DNA of 63,540 bases, the filler included, from Nemertoderma westbladi (lineage: Eukaryota > Animalia > Xenacoelomorpha): NCBI GenBank assembly GCA_032718475.1. It is 3 parts of 3 records of this genome, joined end to end, with 100 filler letters (N's around TTAATTAATTAA, not from the genome) between each part and the next. Parts side by side here need not be neighbours in the genome. Positions count along the whole stretch, not along the records: positions 1 to 30,506 come from JAUCBJ010000062.1; 2 more parts are not named here. One strand, written 5' to 3'. A model generated the notes under the pieces. The model searched no databases, was not told the origin of the DNA, and saw only the letters and a list, made by a program, of their open reading frames with translations. Shown here in pieces: positions 13,068 to 26,326 of this stretch; position 1 is the first letter of the stretch, and the number at the start of each line of letters is the position of its first letter. The translations under genes were made by a program, and so were the position numbers.

Positions 13068-15114
13068 CGGTCCGACGAATCTGTACAAAAAAGTACAAAA
13101 AAATACAAAATATTACAATAGGCCCTATACTGCTATAGTACAAAAGAGTACAATAAAGTGCAAAAATAGTACAAAAGAGTGCAAAAATAGTACAAAAGAG
13201 TACAAACGAGTGAGAAACTCATACAAAACGTCAAACGTTCGTTTAAGATTGTTTTTAAGATAATACCTATTTCATTTATATAGGCCTACAGTACGTTTTT
13301 ATTTTATTTTATGTTTTTATTTTATTTATGTTCTTATTTTATTTTACGAGGAGGGGATAACCGAAGGGAGGAAAACTCCTTGCTAAAAGTTATGAGTGAA
13401 ACTCCTATGCCCAGAATATTTTAACTTAATGGATATTAATTAGTCATGGTTATTAGTAATATTTATATTTATTCGCCTAATTGTGTTTTATATTATTTAG
13501 TTCTTCCTAAATTATTGCAATTCGACTTAAAATTTGCAATAATGTACATATGTAACATACTACAATACTATATGTATCAACTTCATAGAACCTTTATCGA
13601 TTTTAATATTTCCTGATATAGTGAGGACCCTCATGAAAACGAGACATAGTCTCATGGGGTTATCCTCGACGGCAAATCACTGCTCAATTCTGTAATTAAG
13701 TCTTAGTATATATAATATATGCATTGTGTATTTATAATTTCTAACTTAACGCAGTAAACTTATTATAAATAACTACAGTACATAATATTTTTAGTAAGAC
13801 AATAGAAATAAATACAGTTCATAAAATATAGATTTTATTGGTGTCGAACGTTTTTATAATTATTCTGTTGTTGTTTCTTTTATTTATACCTTGCACCTCG
13901 TATCCACTGTCTTCGTATGGTCCTAAATCCCTTATCATAATTACAATAATTTTTAGTAAAATTTCAATAATTTTTATAGTTGCTGCACTTACACCTTTCA
14001 TCTCGTATCGGTCCGTATCTCGTATTGTTGGCCCTAAATCCTGAAATAGAAATGTCTTACCATAATTATGTTGTAAATGGTGTTTAAAATTTATTGAAGG
14101 TCATTTTATTTATCTATGTTTGTTTTGTACTGTTTTCCGTTAAAATACTTTTTCTAGGACATGTTGAATACCATACTGTACATTGGTTTGTTGCCTTTAC
14201 CTTTTCCTTACACTTCATATGTTATATTTTAATGCTATCTTTAGTGCTTGTTTTTAACTGATTTAATGTCAAATAAAAAATTCCAATTCCAATTCCAACG
14301 TGTATACCAGTGTAGTACACTACCGTACACTACACTTGTATACGAATATATAATTAATTGTAAGCAAATGCAACGGCACCGAAATATGCGCCGCTACAGT
14401 CAGACAGTGTCAATCACTAGCGGCCTTGCTGCCTTGGTTCTGTGGTCAGTATGAAATGATTGACAGATTGATTCATGTAGATTTTGACTGGCATACAAGT
14501 AGAAATAGGCTACAGTTCGTATAATACAATATAATGCAATATAGGCTCTACATACTGACATAGGCCTACTATGCTGCTATGCAGTGGGTAGATAAAACTC
14601 CTATAACTGAGACTCAAAATTTAGGTCATAGTCTTAAAGTAGCCCATATACTGAAGGATAGACTGATAGACCAGTCTGCCAGTAGACTGTATGCTACGCT
14701 GTAGGCTATGTATGACTGTATGTACGCCTCTATCTGCGACTTTATTGAGTCCCTCTGCAATTTTGCGGGCTTCGGACCGTTTTTTGAACACAAAAAGCTG
14801 CATTAAAACTCATAAGATTGTATTGTAATACTCTCCGACTGCTAGACAGCTAGATCAACCCCCGCTCAATGCATGGCTCGCCCCATAATCAGACAATGCT
14901 TTGTTTCATTTGGCAGATCATGTGCGCCCCTCTACACGATTTGAACTACATTTGGCAGCTTGGATACACGTTTTGCAAGCGTTTCTCACTCGTTTGTACT
15001 CTTTTGTACTATTTTTGCACTTTATTGTACTCTTTTGTTGTATTCTTTTGTACTATCTGACTATATTGCTGTATTGTACTATTTTGTATTTTTTTGTACA
15101 AATTCGTCGGACCC
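13068..15114. mobile_element. Non-autonomous TIR element with 8-bp TSD and nested insertions
   Basis: CGGTCCGACGAAT...ATTCGTCGGACCC termini; about 160-bp IR with GTACAAAA subrepeats; TSD GTTCTAAT at 13060-67 and 15115-22. Confidence 0.85.
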
Positions 15115-15319
15115 GTTCTAATTATTTGTTATTTAAGCAATACTTTCATTTCAACGAGGTACCGTACCGGTAATTGTTTCAATTTTTATATAAATTGTAA
15201 TTGTTATATACGTCATTTGGATGATTGGTAACCATACTGTCTGGGTTTAACAACCGAACAATGCTGCATGCTGCTGTATTGAACAACATATAATCAAATA
15301 TAGCTGTAGCTGTATAGTC

Positions 15320-17288
15320 ATGGATGAACATGTTGCGGTTTTGGATTTTCTACAAGGAGATACAAACTCTGTCCCTGTCGCTATTGTTTTCGCAGTTTCT
15401 TCACAATCGTCTTCAGATGCAGAAGATGAAAGCGCATATCTGCTGGCTTTAATTGAAAATGGTGGGGAATATTGCATTATGAAGTTTATAAAAAAATCAA
15501 CAAATATATTTTCTGGAAGTGACATTAAAATCTCCGAAATTTATCTCATCAATAGGAATTTTGCTTTGTCCACAGCGACATTTAATAATTCTTCTGATGA
15601 GCCAAAAAACATTTCTTTACATTTTCGATTCATCGATGATGAGTACTTGTTTAATCTTCCACTTTCAAGCACGTCCAACCAATTTATTGAGGAACTTACG
15701 CGTAGTGTGGATATCTACAAATCCAGACCTCCTGGTACCGAACCTAACTTCCATTGGCTTAAATCGTTTGATAGTTTTCTTATTAAATCGAGCTCCAATG
15801 AATGGTCTAATTTCGAAGAGTACACAGACTCCACCCGTGATAGTGGTGGTATTGATATGGCGAACTCTGCAGACACAGAGGACTCCTCGTGCACCTATTT
15901 GGTCCAGGACTGGACCTGGGCCAGCGAAGAAGGTGGGCCCCTAATACAATCCTATGAGGGTTTCGATGACAACTTTTTAGATGCCCCGGATGCACTATCC
16001 TATAATGCAGTCAAGGATGGTGCTGTTGATGATGGGGTGATTTCCTTATCCAGTGGTATTGCTTCCCTTGCAGCATCAGAGTCAGGCAATAAATACGACT
16101 TTGATATCAACAGTAGAAGGATGATAGGGCTGGAAATGGAAAAACATGAACATCTGTACACTAGTCGACGAACTTTCAAAGTCCTTGTAGGCACCTGGAA
16201 TGTGAACACCCGTCCACCAGAGTGCGACCTCCGGGAATGGTTGACAACAGACCCGGAGCCTCCAGACATTATAGCTGTTGGTTTCCAGGAACTGGACAAC
16301 AGGACTGAAACTTATCTGTTCAATGAGTGTCCCAGAGCAGGGGAATGGGTCGATCGTGTAAGAAAGTGTCTCAACTCCCATGGGAAGTACCAAAAAATAA
16401 AGGAAAACCGTCTTGTGGGCATAATGCTCATTGTCTTTGTCCTCCACAAACACCGTAAGGATGTCTCCCACGTTGATGACGACCAAATCCCCGTGGGATT
16501 AATGGGTAGGATTGGTAATAAAGGTGGAGTGTCTGTGCGATTCCAGCTGCATGGCACTAAGTTTTGTTTCGTTAATTCTCACCTTGCAGCCCACATAGAT
16601 GAGTCTGAGCGACGTAATCAGGACTATGCGGAGATCAGCAGCAGACTCAAATTTGGACGGCTGTACCCACCAGGTGATCTAAACGATCATGATGTTGTAA
16701 TATGGGTTGGTGATCTCAACTACCGTATTGATGGATTATCCATTGAAGCAGTTAAGCAACTGGCAGCCGAGAAGAATTATGAAACACTGCTGAAAAATGA
16801 TCAGTTGTTCCATGAGATGCGATCTGGAATGGTGTTTCAAGGCTTCCAGGAGGGCCTCATTCAATTTGCACCCACCTATAAGTACAACCCAGGAACATCA
16901 ATCTGGGATTCGAGTGAGAAGTTGCGTCCTCCCGCATATTGTGACCGTGTGTTGTACCGCGCTAATGCCCAGACTCTCCGAATACTCCAGTATCGGAGTC
17001 ACCCCACACTCCTCATCTCAGATCACAAACCCGTCACTTGTCTCTTTGACTGCGAGGTTAAAATTATAGATCCAGAAAAGTACCGCAATGTCTACGCTGA
17101 TGTGCTCAAGGTTTTCGACAAGTGGGAGAACGATTATAGGCCAAAAGTTGATGTCGATCATAAAACTCTACATTTTACTGATGTTCGTTTTTTAGAGGCT
17201 CAAACATCTTCATTTATCATAACGAATACAGGACAGGTTCCGGCGCAGTTTAGCTTCGATGATAAACCAGAGGAAACTTTGCGTGGAG
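15320..17288 (+). CDS. OCRL: OCRL/INPP5B-like inositol polyphosphate 5-phosphatase, exon 1 (N-terminal region, 5-phosphatase domain, start of ASH)
   Basis: VGTWNVN, GFQELD, GNKGGV, FVNSHLAAH, WVGDLNYRI, PTYKY, PAYCDRVLY, SDHKPV motifs; phase-1 donor AG|GTACAG at 17289. Confidence 0.92.
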
Positions 17289-17698
17289 GTACAGGGGAGG
17301 GGGGGTTCAAACAGATGGCATATCCATTCAAGTTTTTTTATGAATATTTCCTTCCACCATTAATGATGAAATTTATAACAAATTGAAATAATTAGCATTA
17401 TTATCAAAGTTATTAAATAGACGTTATTTGGTCATTAATTATATATCTATAAGATATCTCCATAACCTCAGATTGTTTATGAAAGGAGTGTTTATTGATC
17501 TTTTTACAAATATATAAATTTTAATCCGTTTGTAGTGATTTGCATGAAGGAAATTCATCCTTTATATGCATTCAATGGTGCCCCAATTAGATACACTGGT
17601 ACTAGCGGATGCCATAAAGTTTAGTTATTTACATTTATTGGATATCCTGTGGTGCTATGGGATTCAATTTCTCAATATATATATACATAAATATAATA

Positions 17699-17784
17699 AT
17701 ATTTTAAGAATTCAAAAGGTGACAACGTATATAATCAATCACTAAAAATTTAAAAGGTTGTCACCTTTTGAATTCTTAAAATAT
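17699..17784. repeat. Perfect 28-bp inverted repeat with 30-nt loop in the OCRL intron
   Basis: ATATTTTAAGAATTCAAAAGGTGACAAC and its exact reverse complement. Confidence 0.85.
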
Positions 17785-17995
17785 GATTATACTAAAACAA
17801 TTTGATCTCACACCCTACAGTCATAACTTTCTTAACTTAATTTAAATTTATACATACATATATATATATATTTAATCAAAACGTTTAGCTTTGAGTCCCT
17901 CAACCAAAGATTAATATACTGATAATTATAATATTTAATAAAAAATGCCAACTTTACAGATTGGGTGGATTTGCTAACTGTTTGATTCCTCACAG

Positions 17996-18906
17996 ATAGA
18001 GCTAAACGATATTGTAAACCATGGTTGTCTGTTAAACCTGAAACAGGAGTCATTATGGCTGGTAAGAGCACCGAAGTTGTAGTACAAGTGTATGTAATGA
18101 AAGGAACCGCGGGTCTACTCACCCGAGGGGAAGATAAAATCGACGACACTCTAGTCCTATCTTTGTACGAAGGGAACTCCATATATGTGTCAGTGTTGGG
18201 GAACTACATCCCTTCCTGTTTCGGCAGCTCATTGGAAAGTCTCGTCCAGATGCCATGTCCAATACGGGAGGTGCCGATAGAACAAATCGTTGAAAACGAG
18301 CGAGCAGCTAAACGCCATGATGCATTGCAACTTGAACAAAACCAAGTTTACGACATCCCGAAGGAACTGTGGCTGTTAGTTGATCACTTGTATCGCAATG
18401 GCGCCGACCATAAAGACCTTTTTATACAGGCTGGACATGATGGGGAATTTTTTAAAATCCGCGATTGTCTTGACACTGGAAATCCTGAGTCACTCACTGG
18501 TATGATTTTCTCAACCGCCGATGCATTAGTCGTGTTCTTAGACAGTCTGCCTGAACCAGTCGTGCCAACATATCTGTACCGTTCGTGTATCAGCAACTGC
18601 AAGGACCTACGGGGTTGTAAAGAGGTAGTCGCTCAAATGCCCACCTGCCATAAGAAGGTTTTTAACTACATTGTGGCCTTCCTTCGATACCTCCTTGAAG
18701 ACCGTTTCCTTGGCGTCGCTGGTAAATCCGAGAAGGCCATTTCGGATATTCGCTCGGATAAGATGAAGCGTCTCGCGCTGATATTCGGGAATGTGTGTTT
18801 GAAACCCCCAGAAACGGACAGCAGGACTCCGCACCCACCGCGCAGGCGAGAAATTACAAGGAAAACTACCGAGTTCTTTTACCTTTTCCTTGATGAGAAA
18901 TATTAA
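17996..18906 (+). CDS. OCRL: OCRL/INPP5B-like exon 2 (ASH + catalytically inactive RhoGAP-like); spliced protein about 959 aa
   Basis: Branch point TTGCTAAC, acceptor TTCCTCACAG| in phase 1; the join reads NTGQVPAQFSF...LRGDRAKRYCKPWL as in OCRL; DLFIQAG lacks the arginine finger; no CAAX box. Confidence 0.9.
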
Positions 18907-21616
18907 CCAGTAACCATAACCACGGCAGTCTCGTGTTTGTTTGTCATTGTGGTTCCGGTTAGTTAGGAATTATTTTATTTCGAAATTGTAGGTATTGTGA
19001 TCCCGGGAGAGAATAGTGCAAGCAGTGCTATTTGAAAATGGTATAATAATTGGAATATTGGAGTGCTAATTTTTATTGGCTATGGCTACCATTTTTCAAT
19101 GCACCAAGATTTTAAAATGTTTTCCCACCAAAAAGTCATTACTTCACAAAATTATTACAAGCCTGTTTATAAAATATGACCTATCAATAATTAATGAATC
19201 AGTATTAGACCTAAATAATTTGATTACTTCAATTTGTTTAAATAATTTGTTGTTAATTTGATGTCCGTCCATGTTTAGTCCTTTACTCTTGTTGGCTCCT
19301 GTGCTGCGAATGTTCCTTGACCAAATTGATTGGAATTACAAACTACCGGTTATCAGTCGGTTAGTATTAGTAGTAGATGTAAATCACCAAGTACTCTTTT
19401 GGCAGACCTCGATTTGCTGTTTATCTGGATTTATTGTCAGAAAAAATGCCCAAAGACTACGCACTACACAGCAGCCATTCTGCTACAAAGACCAGAATTT
19501 GGAATTCCTTAATTTAATACCCAGACCCAGGGTCATTGATTCAGAGGTCTTCTTAAAATGGTCGCATCCTTAAATGGTAGCTAAATGAGTCAAGTAGACT
19601 TAGTCCGTAAAAACCCAATCTTACAATTTCAAAATATAAAATGTTACTATTGAGTCGATGGTGTGGTGATATGTGTATGTTTTGGTGATTAATGTTTAAT
19701 TTTAGCGTACCCCGTTACCCTTACCAGTTTTCCAATTTTAGTGATGCAATGACTTATTTTCGTGTCATGAAAAAATTTTGCGCTTTCAATTACGAATTTG
19801 GTGATTAAAAAATATAAATAGAAAATTTGGTGTGGCGATAAATTGTAGTGATAGTAGTGTTAGTAATATACCACGTACGTAATGGAGCTTGCTTGCTGTT
19901 TGCTTTTGGGTTGTTTGTCATTAAATTTGCATTATATTTGTGAGGTATAACTTTATTAAACCCTTACCCATCGTTATTTTCATTTGGAATTTTTAACATA
20001 TTTTTTGATCAAAATAATTAATACTTTGTTCGATACGGGTCCAAACTCCGTTATAAATCCTGTATTCTTCGCATTTATAATATTAAATACTTCCCGTGCT
20101 ACTTTATTACTTATACATACCACTCGTTGGACATGTTTATCCCACACCAACACCTCTTGTATGATACAATAAATATATCCTCCATTCCATATTATATTAT
20201 AGCGTTTTAGAGGCCCAAGTAACTATTTGATTTGAATTGCACTTAATGAGTTCCATTGCTATTTTATTACAAAATATATAATCACCATAGCCCACTCATG
20301 AGCTATCAACTTACTGTGCTATGCAGAATGCAGATAATAATTATATTTATAAGATTATATTATTTATTTCATTTGGTGCGAATAAACCATTTATTATAAG
20401 TAACTTAAATCGTCTGCCCTTTACTTAGATATGTTTTAATTAGTTTTTTGTTAATTAAGTATGTTTGCTTGCTTATTTATATTATATGTATTAGTATTTG
20501 TTTACAAATGTAAACAATGTACGACACATTCAACCACCACTCCCACCCCTTACACCAACACGCGATAATCCTAGGGCTAGGATGCAGTAGACGAGGCAGG
20601 AATACAAGAATCTCAGTCAATTAACAACGATAGATGTTTGTACGGAATTCAATTTGGCATCCTTGACATTAATTTGACCAAGATGTTAACTCGGTGGTTC
20701 TAGCTTCTAGGGTTGACTTTTCTTTGATTGTTTTTAACGGTATGTATTATAGATTATACACAATGAAACCTCGGCATAGTGGCATTTACCTATCCATGGC
20801 AAATTTTCCCGGTTTATAACGTCGGCATGGGTTAGTTAACATACTTTGTTGGGAAACCGAATTGGTGGCTGAATATGATACAAGTACCGGTATTGTATTC
20901 TAGAGTAAACTCGCAAAGTAATTATGTAAAGTTTATTTATAGCTTTATATAGTTTGACGTCAATTCAAAACACCCTTTCATTGTGTGGGATAGGTTTTTT
21001 CCAATGATTTTTTCCAATTATATGATTTTTAATGGAGTTAAATTGATCTTAACCCTTCAAAACCTATATAACATAGAGCAGTTTAATAGCTTTCAATCGA
21101 AACTCATGTAGATGAAGTTAGACTTATTGAATATAGAAAGAAATCCATCACATCACACTATTTCACAGATTATAAAATTATACTTAACAGTACATACACA
21201 GCATATGTAATATATAACATGAAAATATTGAGAAAAATTTGGAACCACTCCCGAAGTCCCCAGGTTATACAAAATGAGTATTTGACTACGGGACTATTAA
21301 TTATATCGGTGGTATCACCGAATGTCGAAGCATTATTAATTAATGGAGCGAGACAATGAAATATTTTTCTATGTTCACTTTTGAATCGCAAAATAAAATT
21401 TCGGAGAAAGAAACCCAGAGTAAAGTAGAGATGCTAAGCTGTTTTCTTTATTACATAATTCATGCGAAAACATTAATAAGAGTCACAGAAAATTTAAGGG
21501 GGAGTGAAATAAAGGATAGGCCTACTGTATTGGAATTACGAGTTATTATAGCTTTAGGGTGATTGGTAAATAATATAAGAGTTGAATTTTATAACTATTA
21601 TACGGCACGATAATAA

Positions 21617-22255
21617 TTACTGTCTAAATGACTGGAAGAAAAGAGTTGCTTGTCTTATGTTGTGATGAGAAAGCCACATGTAATTGACAATTACATAGTA
21701 TTCAAGGACACCAAGCGCCTGTCCGCCTAGTACATCTAATAAATAATGTCTTCCTAACGCAACGCGAGATAGACACACTAGTAGCATCCATGCAGTCATT
21801 AGCAAGGAGGCGAGACCACTGCACTCCGTGTTGTTTAACGCGAACAGAAGGACTAACATACTCCTACTGGCGTGTCCTGAAGGGAAGGAGAAACAATCGG
21901 GTCCGACAACCATCAACATATCCGAGTGGTCAAAGTTGGGGCGGGATCTTCGAATAAGCGCCTTGAACGTACCAAGGGCAATTAAATCAACCAGCAACGC
22001 CAATACTAAGTTCGAATAGAACAGTGCGTCATTGAGCTTGTATGATCTGAGTCCAAACAATGCGAACGCGAACCAAAGTACGCCGTGGCAACTAATCTCT
22101 AAGGCCTTGGCGAGGGGTCGCAACGTTGGGTAACGCGACTTGGAACTAGCGCATACACTCAGCTGTTCCGATAGTTGTTTATCCAGATTGATAAGGAATC
22201 CCGAATTACTACGCTCCATATTCTTTCGAGCAGTTTCTAATCCCGTACGACGCAT
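21617..22255 (-). CDS. PLPP6: PAP2-family polyisoprenoid diphosphate phosphatase (PLPP6/PLPP7-like), intronless; start may be 22255 or 22219
   Basis: LEISCHGVLW, C1 KALIRRSRP, C2 FSFPSGHASR, C3 SRVALGRHYLLDV. Confidence 0.88.
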   Translation of the reverse strand: MRRTGLETARKNMERSNSGFLINLDKQLSEQLSVCASSKSRYPTLRPLAKALEISCHGVLWFAFALFGLRSYKLNDALFYSNLVLALLVDLIALGTFKALIRRSRPNFDHSDMLMVVGPDCFSFPSGHASRSMLVLLFALNNTECSGLASLLMTAWMLLVCLSRVALGRHYLLDVLGGQALGVLEYYVIVNYMWLSHHNIRQATLFFQSFRQ

Positions 22256-25200
22256 TCCAATCCAAGTCCACTCCAAATAACGCAATACTGAAATAGATTG
22301 TTTGGGCTGACCACCGTTCTTGATATGTGTTGGTTACGCCGCTACAATGTATAGAGTAGCCCTATATTCTTCTTACCTACGCGCTGCGCTACACCCTACC
22401 TACCGGTACCTGCCTACACAAACTTGCAGTGTGTTAACAGGACTACGTCGATATAGATCTCTGTATCTATGAAGTAAAGCTGATAGCTGATACTTGGAAT
22501 TCTGCACACAGTACAACAAATTAAATTTCCCTCCAAATATGTACACGAAAACCAGCCAATCATCCACAGTACATTACAGTACTAACATTATACAGATACT
22601 TTATACTTTAATGATGACTTTACCTCCAATCCAAATACTAATTATCAAGGACCTTCATACATTTATAGAATTTGGTGCTTATTTCTAAAGGTAGGCAGGC
22701 AGGCTAATTTCAGAGTGATGGCTGATACTTTTGCAGCATACAAAACATGCTTATTGAAGGATTTGTGCTTTTATCTTTAGGCTTATACTGTATTATTCGC
22801 AAATGGCGTGAAATTGTCTGCATCTTCGCACCAACACATTACACGATCTTTTTAATTAGTCATTGAATGGCAGCCCCAGCTAAATAGTGGTGTTCGTATA
22901 TGTGCGCTGTATTAATACAAATTTGTGAAGGCTCTTTGGTATAATCCTGTCAAGTGACCGAAATTACAAGTTAGTTATACAGGCACAGCAATTCGCAGTC
23001 TAAAGAAACCATTGAACGTAATTACTGTATTTTGTTGCTTTAGACCTCAAATTGCAATCAGCTTCTAAAGCTTACGTACTGCTTTATTCCGTTGAATTCT
23101 GCACAGCATGTATGATATTTTTATTCGATAATTATCTAACTGATCTTGCAAAGATATGAAGTTTAATTCCATAATTGAGCTTTTGTGACGATTAGTCCCA
23201 TACTTTTGGGGTAGTGGTTAAATAGGCCAGCGTAGTTTTCGCTTCGACACGAATGCTTGAAAGGGACTAGTCCTTCGTATCTTAATTAAACTGTAATACA
23301 GCCTCCCCTCTGGGGAGTATAATAGTTCTGAGGGAACGGCACTGGAACTACTGTAAGTCTAGACATTTGTGCGTAATTCCTGGCCTAGCGGTGGAAGGAA
23401 ACTTTACAAAAGAAAAGCTTATTACAATGTCGAAGAAAATTTTACTTTTTATTTTAATTTATCTATATTTTATATTTTGAGCACAAGGGCTACGGATTAT
23501 TGATATTGAATGATGGTTGGTGACGATGTAATATATGTATGTGTATCGGACCTTCTGAATCCGACTAGGGGGTTGTCAAGCGTGATTTTTAGCTCTTGTA
23601 CATTTTATTGCCATGGAAACATTGCACATAGCAACAAGCGAATCGGTACAAATTTTTATTTAAAATCAATACCCCTACCCCTATATCGTGTATATATCAT
23701 AAGTGTTCTATTTTACCGTTGCTATGACTACATGGTCCATGATAACAAGCTAGTCGTTGTAGATTTTTGCATCAAATCGATACCTACCCCTAGTATATTG
23801 AGTATGAGTAGTCTGATGTGATCATAAGTTAACTGTTATGTTGTTATGACAATAATATCCATAACAACCATTGATTTACCAACAATACGTTTGTAATTTA
23901 GTATAAGTAAAACATAAGTTATAATAAATTATAATAATAATAATTATTATAAAATTGTTAGTAATAATTAGGTAACTTTTAATGTTTTTAGGATATAATT
24001 ATCAATATAAAATTGCACCAAATTCCCACTACCTATCAGAACAATAAAATTAAAAAACAATACAATTAAAAAAAAGGGGGTGCATCACCGGGGATTAATA
24101 ATAAGTTAGTAATAATAAGTTATAGTTTAGTATAATGTAATGTAATTTACCATATTTTCGATTATTTTATATACGACATTAATCTAACCTATTTAACTAT
24201 AATTTATTTACTGGCATAAAATGAATGTGCAAGAAGTGAATGTTAGCAACCATACCAAGGACAATAAAGTAAAGTAAATTTTCTTCTGCCGTTAGGCCAG
24301 GGATTACTCACATGTCGGACGACTTATTTGCAGTATTTTTTGCAGTACCGGTATTTATCTAGTTTGTTTCCTAGCAACGCTTCCTTACTAAATTTCTATG
24401 GTAGGCCGACATGTAGTACAGTAGTATGCCTACAGGCGACGAAACAGAAACAAGTGAAATGGGAAGTAGCTTACATGTCATAGGGCCTACGCCAGTACTG
24501 CAGTACTCTTACTAACTGGTTCTGTCTGACAACAAAATGTACATGCCTAGCTGTCTAGAACATTATTTTTACATACATATCAGCCTACTGGCCTAGTGGC
24601 ATATCGGTCATCGATATCTGGCATCGGGCTATTTCATCAGACACTTTTGTAAGTTATAAACTAGGCCTACTGAACTACTGGCACGGTAGGTACGTACTCA
24701 GGTCAGCAGGTACTCAGTACTGTCAGACTGTGTAGCGGTAGCGTATGGCTGTGCTGTATCTGTGTATGGCAGTACTGCAGTATGGAGTAGGTGTAGCTAC
24801 TAATCTCAGGATCTGATTGTAACCATATGCCTTGATTTTGATAGGAATCATAGCAGGATCAGGAGCATTATCGGTAGGAGTTGCTTTACTCACACGTTAG
24901 GCAGTATCATGAGTTATAGAGTACAAATTTGAATCGGAATAGCCTAAGCTGATAAAGACAGGAAGAGCTGTCTGAACAGCCCATTAACTGATTAAGGAAT
25001 TAGGGAGATACTAACACGGTGCACGATACTAATGTGACACACAGACTGAAAATCGATACCAGTCATTACAAAATTACTGCATTGGGGATTAGGCTAATAT
25101 CGGACTGTTTTGCTTTTGTTAACAGGTTGCCAGTAGGGTAGGTAGAATTAATTATTTAATTATTACTTCTGTAATTTTGCCAACAATTGCCAACCAACTG

Positions 25201-25321
25201 ATTAACCGTGTCTACCTGTCTGCTGTCTACCGTATTTCCGTTACCATTTTCCGTGGTATTGGGAAATACGTCAGTAGGTATTTGGTCGGTTGTCCATGTC
25301 CAGGGTATTCAATACAGTGAA

Positions 25322-26326
25322 ATGGAGTTAATTGTAATTACCGCAATTATTATGGTTATTGCTGGATGCACAATTAATGTTGTGTTTCTTGAACTTTTAA
25401 TTAGCTTTGATCCTGGATCTGGAAATCTTATAACATTCCTTCAGTTCGCATTTGTATCTCTGGATGGATTGATATTCGAAACTAAGCTATTATCAAAGAA
25501 ACCAAACATTCCCTTACGAAACCACTTGAAACTTGTGATTATATTCTTTCTTGTCGGCGTTATGAATAACTACGCCTTAAACTTCAACATAGCGATGCCT
25601 CTGCATATGATAATTCGCGCGGGTTCCCTTGTTGCGAACATGGCGTTGGGAATATATTTGCGCAGTCGAAAATATTCCTCGGACAAATACGCAGCCGTCC
25701 TCATGATCTCCGCTGGAATAGCAACCGCCACGATCGCATCTGCTGCTTACACGACCTCTAAGCGTGCCGGCAGTGCACAGACTGAGCAGACCCCAGAGGT
25801 TGGCCAATGGGAAACGTTAGCGTGGTGGTTTGTGGGTTTAACTTTACTGCTGTTCGCCTTGTTTATGTCGGCTCGTATCGGAATATACCAAGAAATATTG
25901 TACGAAACCCACGGGAAATTCCCCCGTGAGGCCCTATTCTACAATCACGCACTACCCTTACCTGCCTTCCTTCTATTATACCCCGATATGTATAACCACG
26001 CGATGATACTCAATGCTTCTCAACCCGTCCAACTGATCGGTTTATATATTCCCATTATGTGGTTATTCATATTAGGCAACATTGTTACTCAGTACATCTG
26101 CATTCGAGGCGTGTTTATACTCACCAGTGAATGTCCTTCATTAACTGTGACCCTAGTTGTCACTCTTAGAAAGTTTATGAGTCTAATGTTTTCAATATTT
26201 TATTTCCAAAATACTTTTACTCTTTATCATTGGTTCGCTACAGCTTTAGTTTTTATTGGCACTCTGTTGTTTTGTGGTGTTTTTGATAAATTTATTAAGC
26301 CTCATGAAAAGAAGAAGATTACTTAA
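25322..26326 (+). CDS. SLC35B4: UDP-xylose/UDP-GlcNAc transporter, intronless
   Basis: GC.NVVFLELL..DPGSGNLITFLQF, NNYALNFNIAMPLHMIIRAGSL, GIYQE.LY..HGK..REALFYNH, TQYICIRGV, LVVTLRKF.SL.FSI.YF.N; ends in a KKxx ER signal (KKIT). Confidence 0.93.
   Translation: MELIVITAIIMVIAGCTINVVFLELLISFDPGSGNLITFLQFAFVSLDGLIFETKLLSKKPNIPLRNHLKLVIIFFLVGVMNNYALNFNIAMPLHMIIRAGSLVANMALGIYLRSRKYSSDKYAAVLMISAGIATATIASAAYTTSKRAGSAQTEQTPEVGQWETLAWWFVGLTLLLFALFMSARIGIYQEILYETHGKFPREALFYNHALPLPAFLLLYPDMYNHAMILNASQPVQLIGLYIPIMWLFILGNIVTQYICIRGVFILTSECPSLTVTLVVTLRKFMSLMFSIFYFQNTFTLYHWFATALVFIGTLLFCGVFDKFIKPHEKKKIT

Noticed and set aside
13610-13670. Possible hammerhead ribozyme
   Set aside because: No CTGATGA...GAAA core with the proper stems; it fits a LINE 3' stem-loop better.
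17289-17386. ORF-track C-terminus of the 688-aa ORF
   Set aside because: Read-through into the intron; splicing to 17996 restores the OCRL ASH sequence.
25208-25321. N-terminal extensions from GTG/TTG starts (also 27989, 22285, 2977, 18025)
   Set aside because: Bacterial-style start calls; homology begins at downstream ATGs or splice acceptors.
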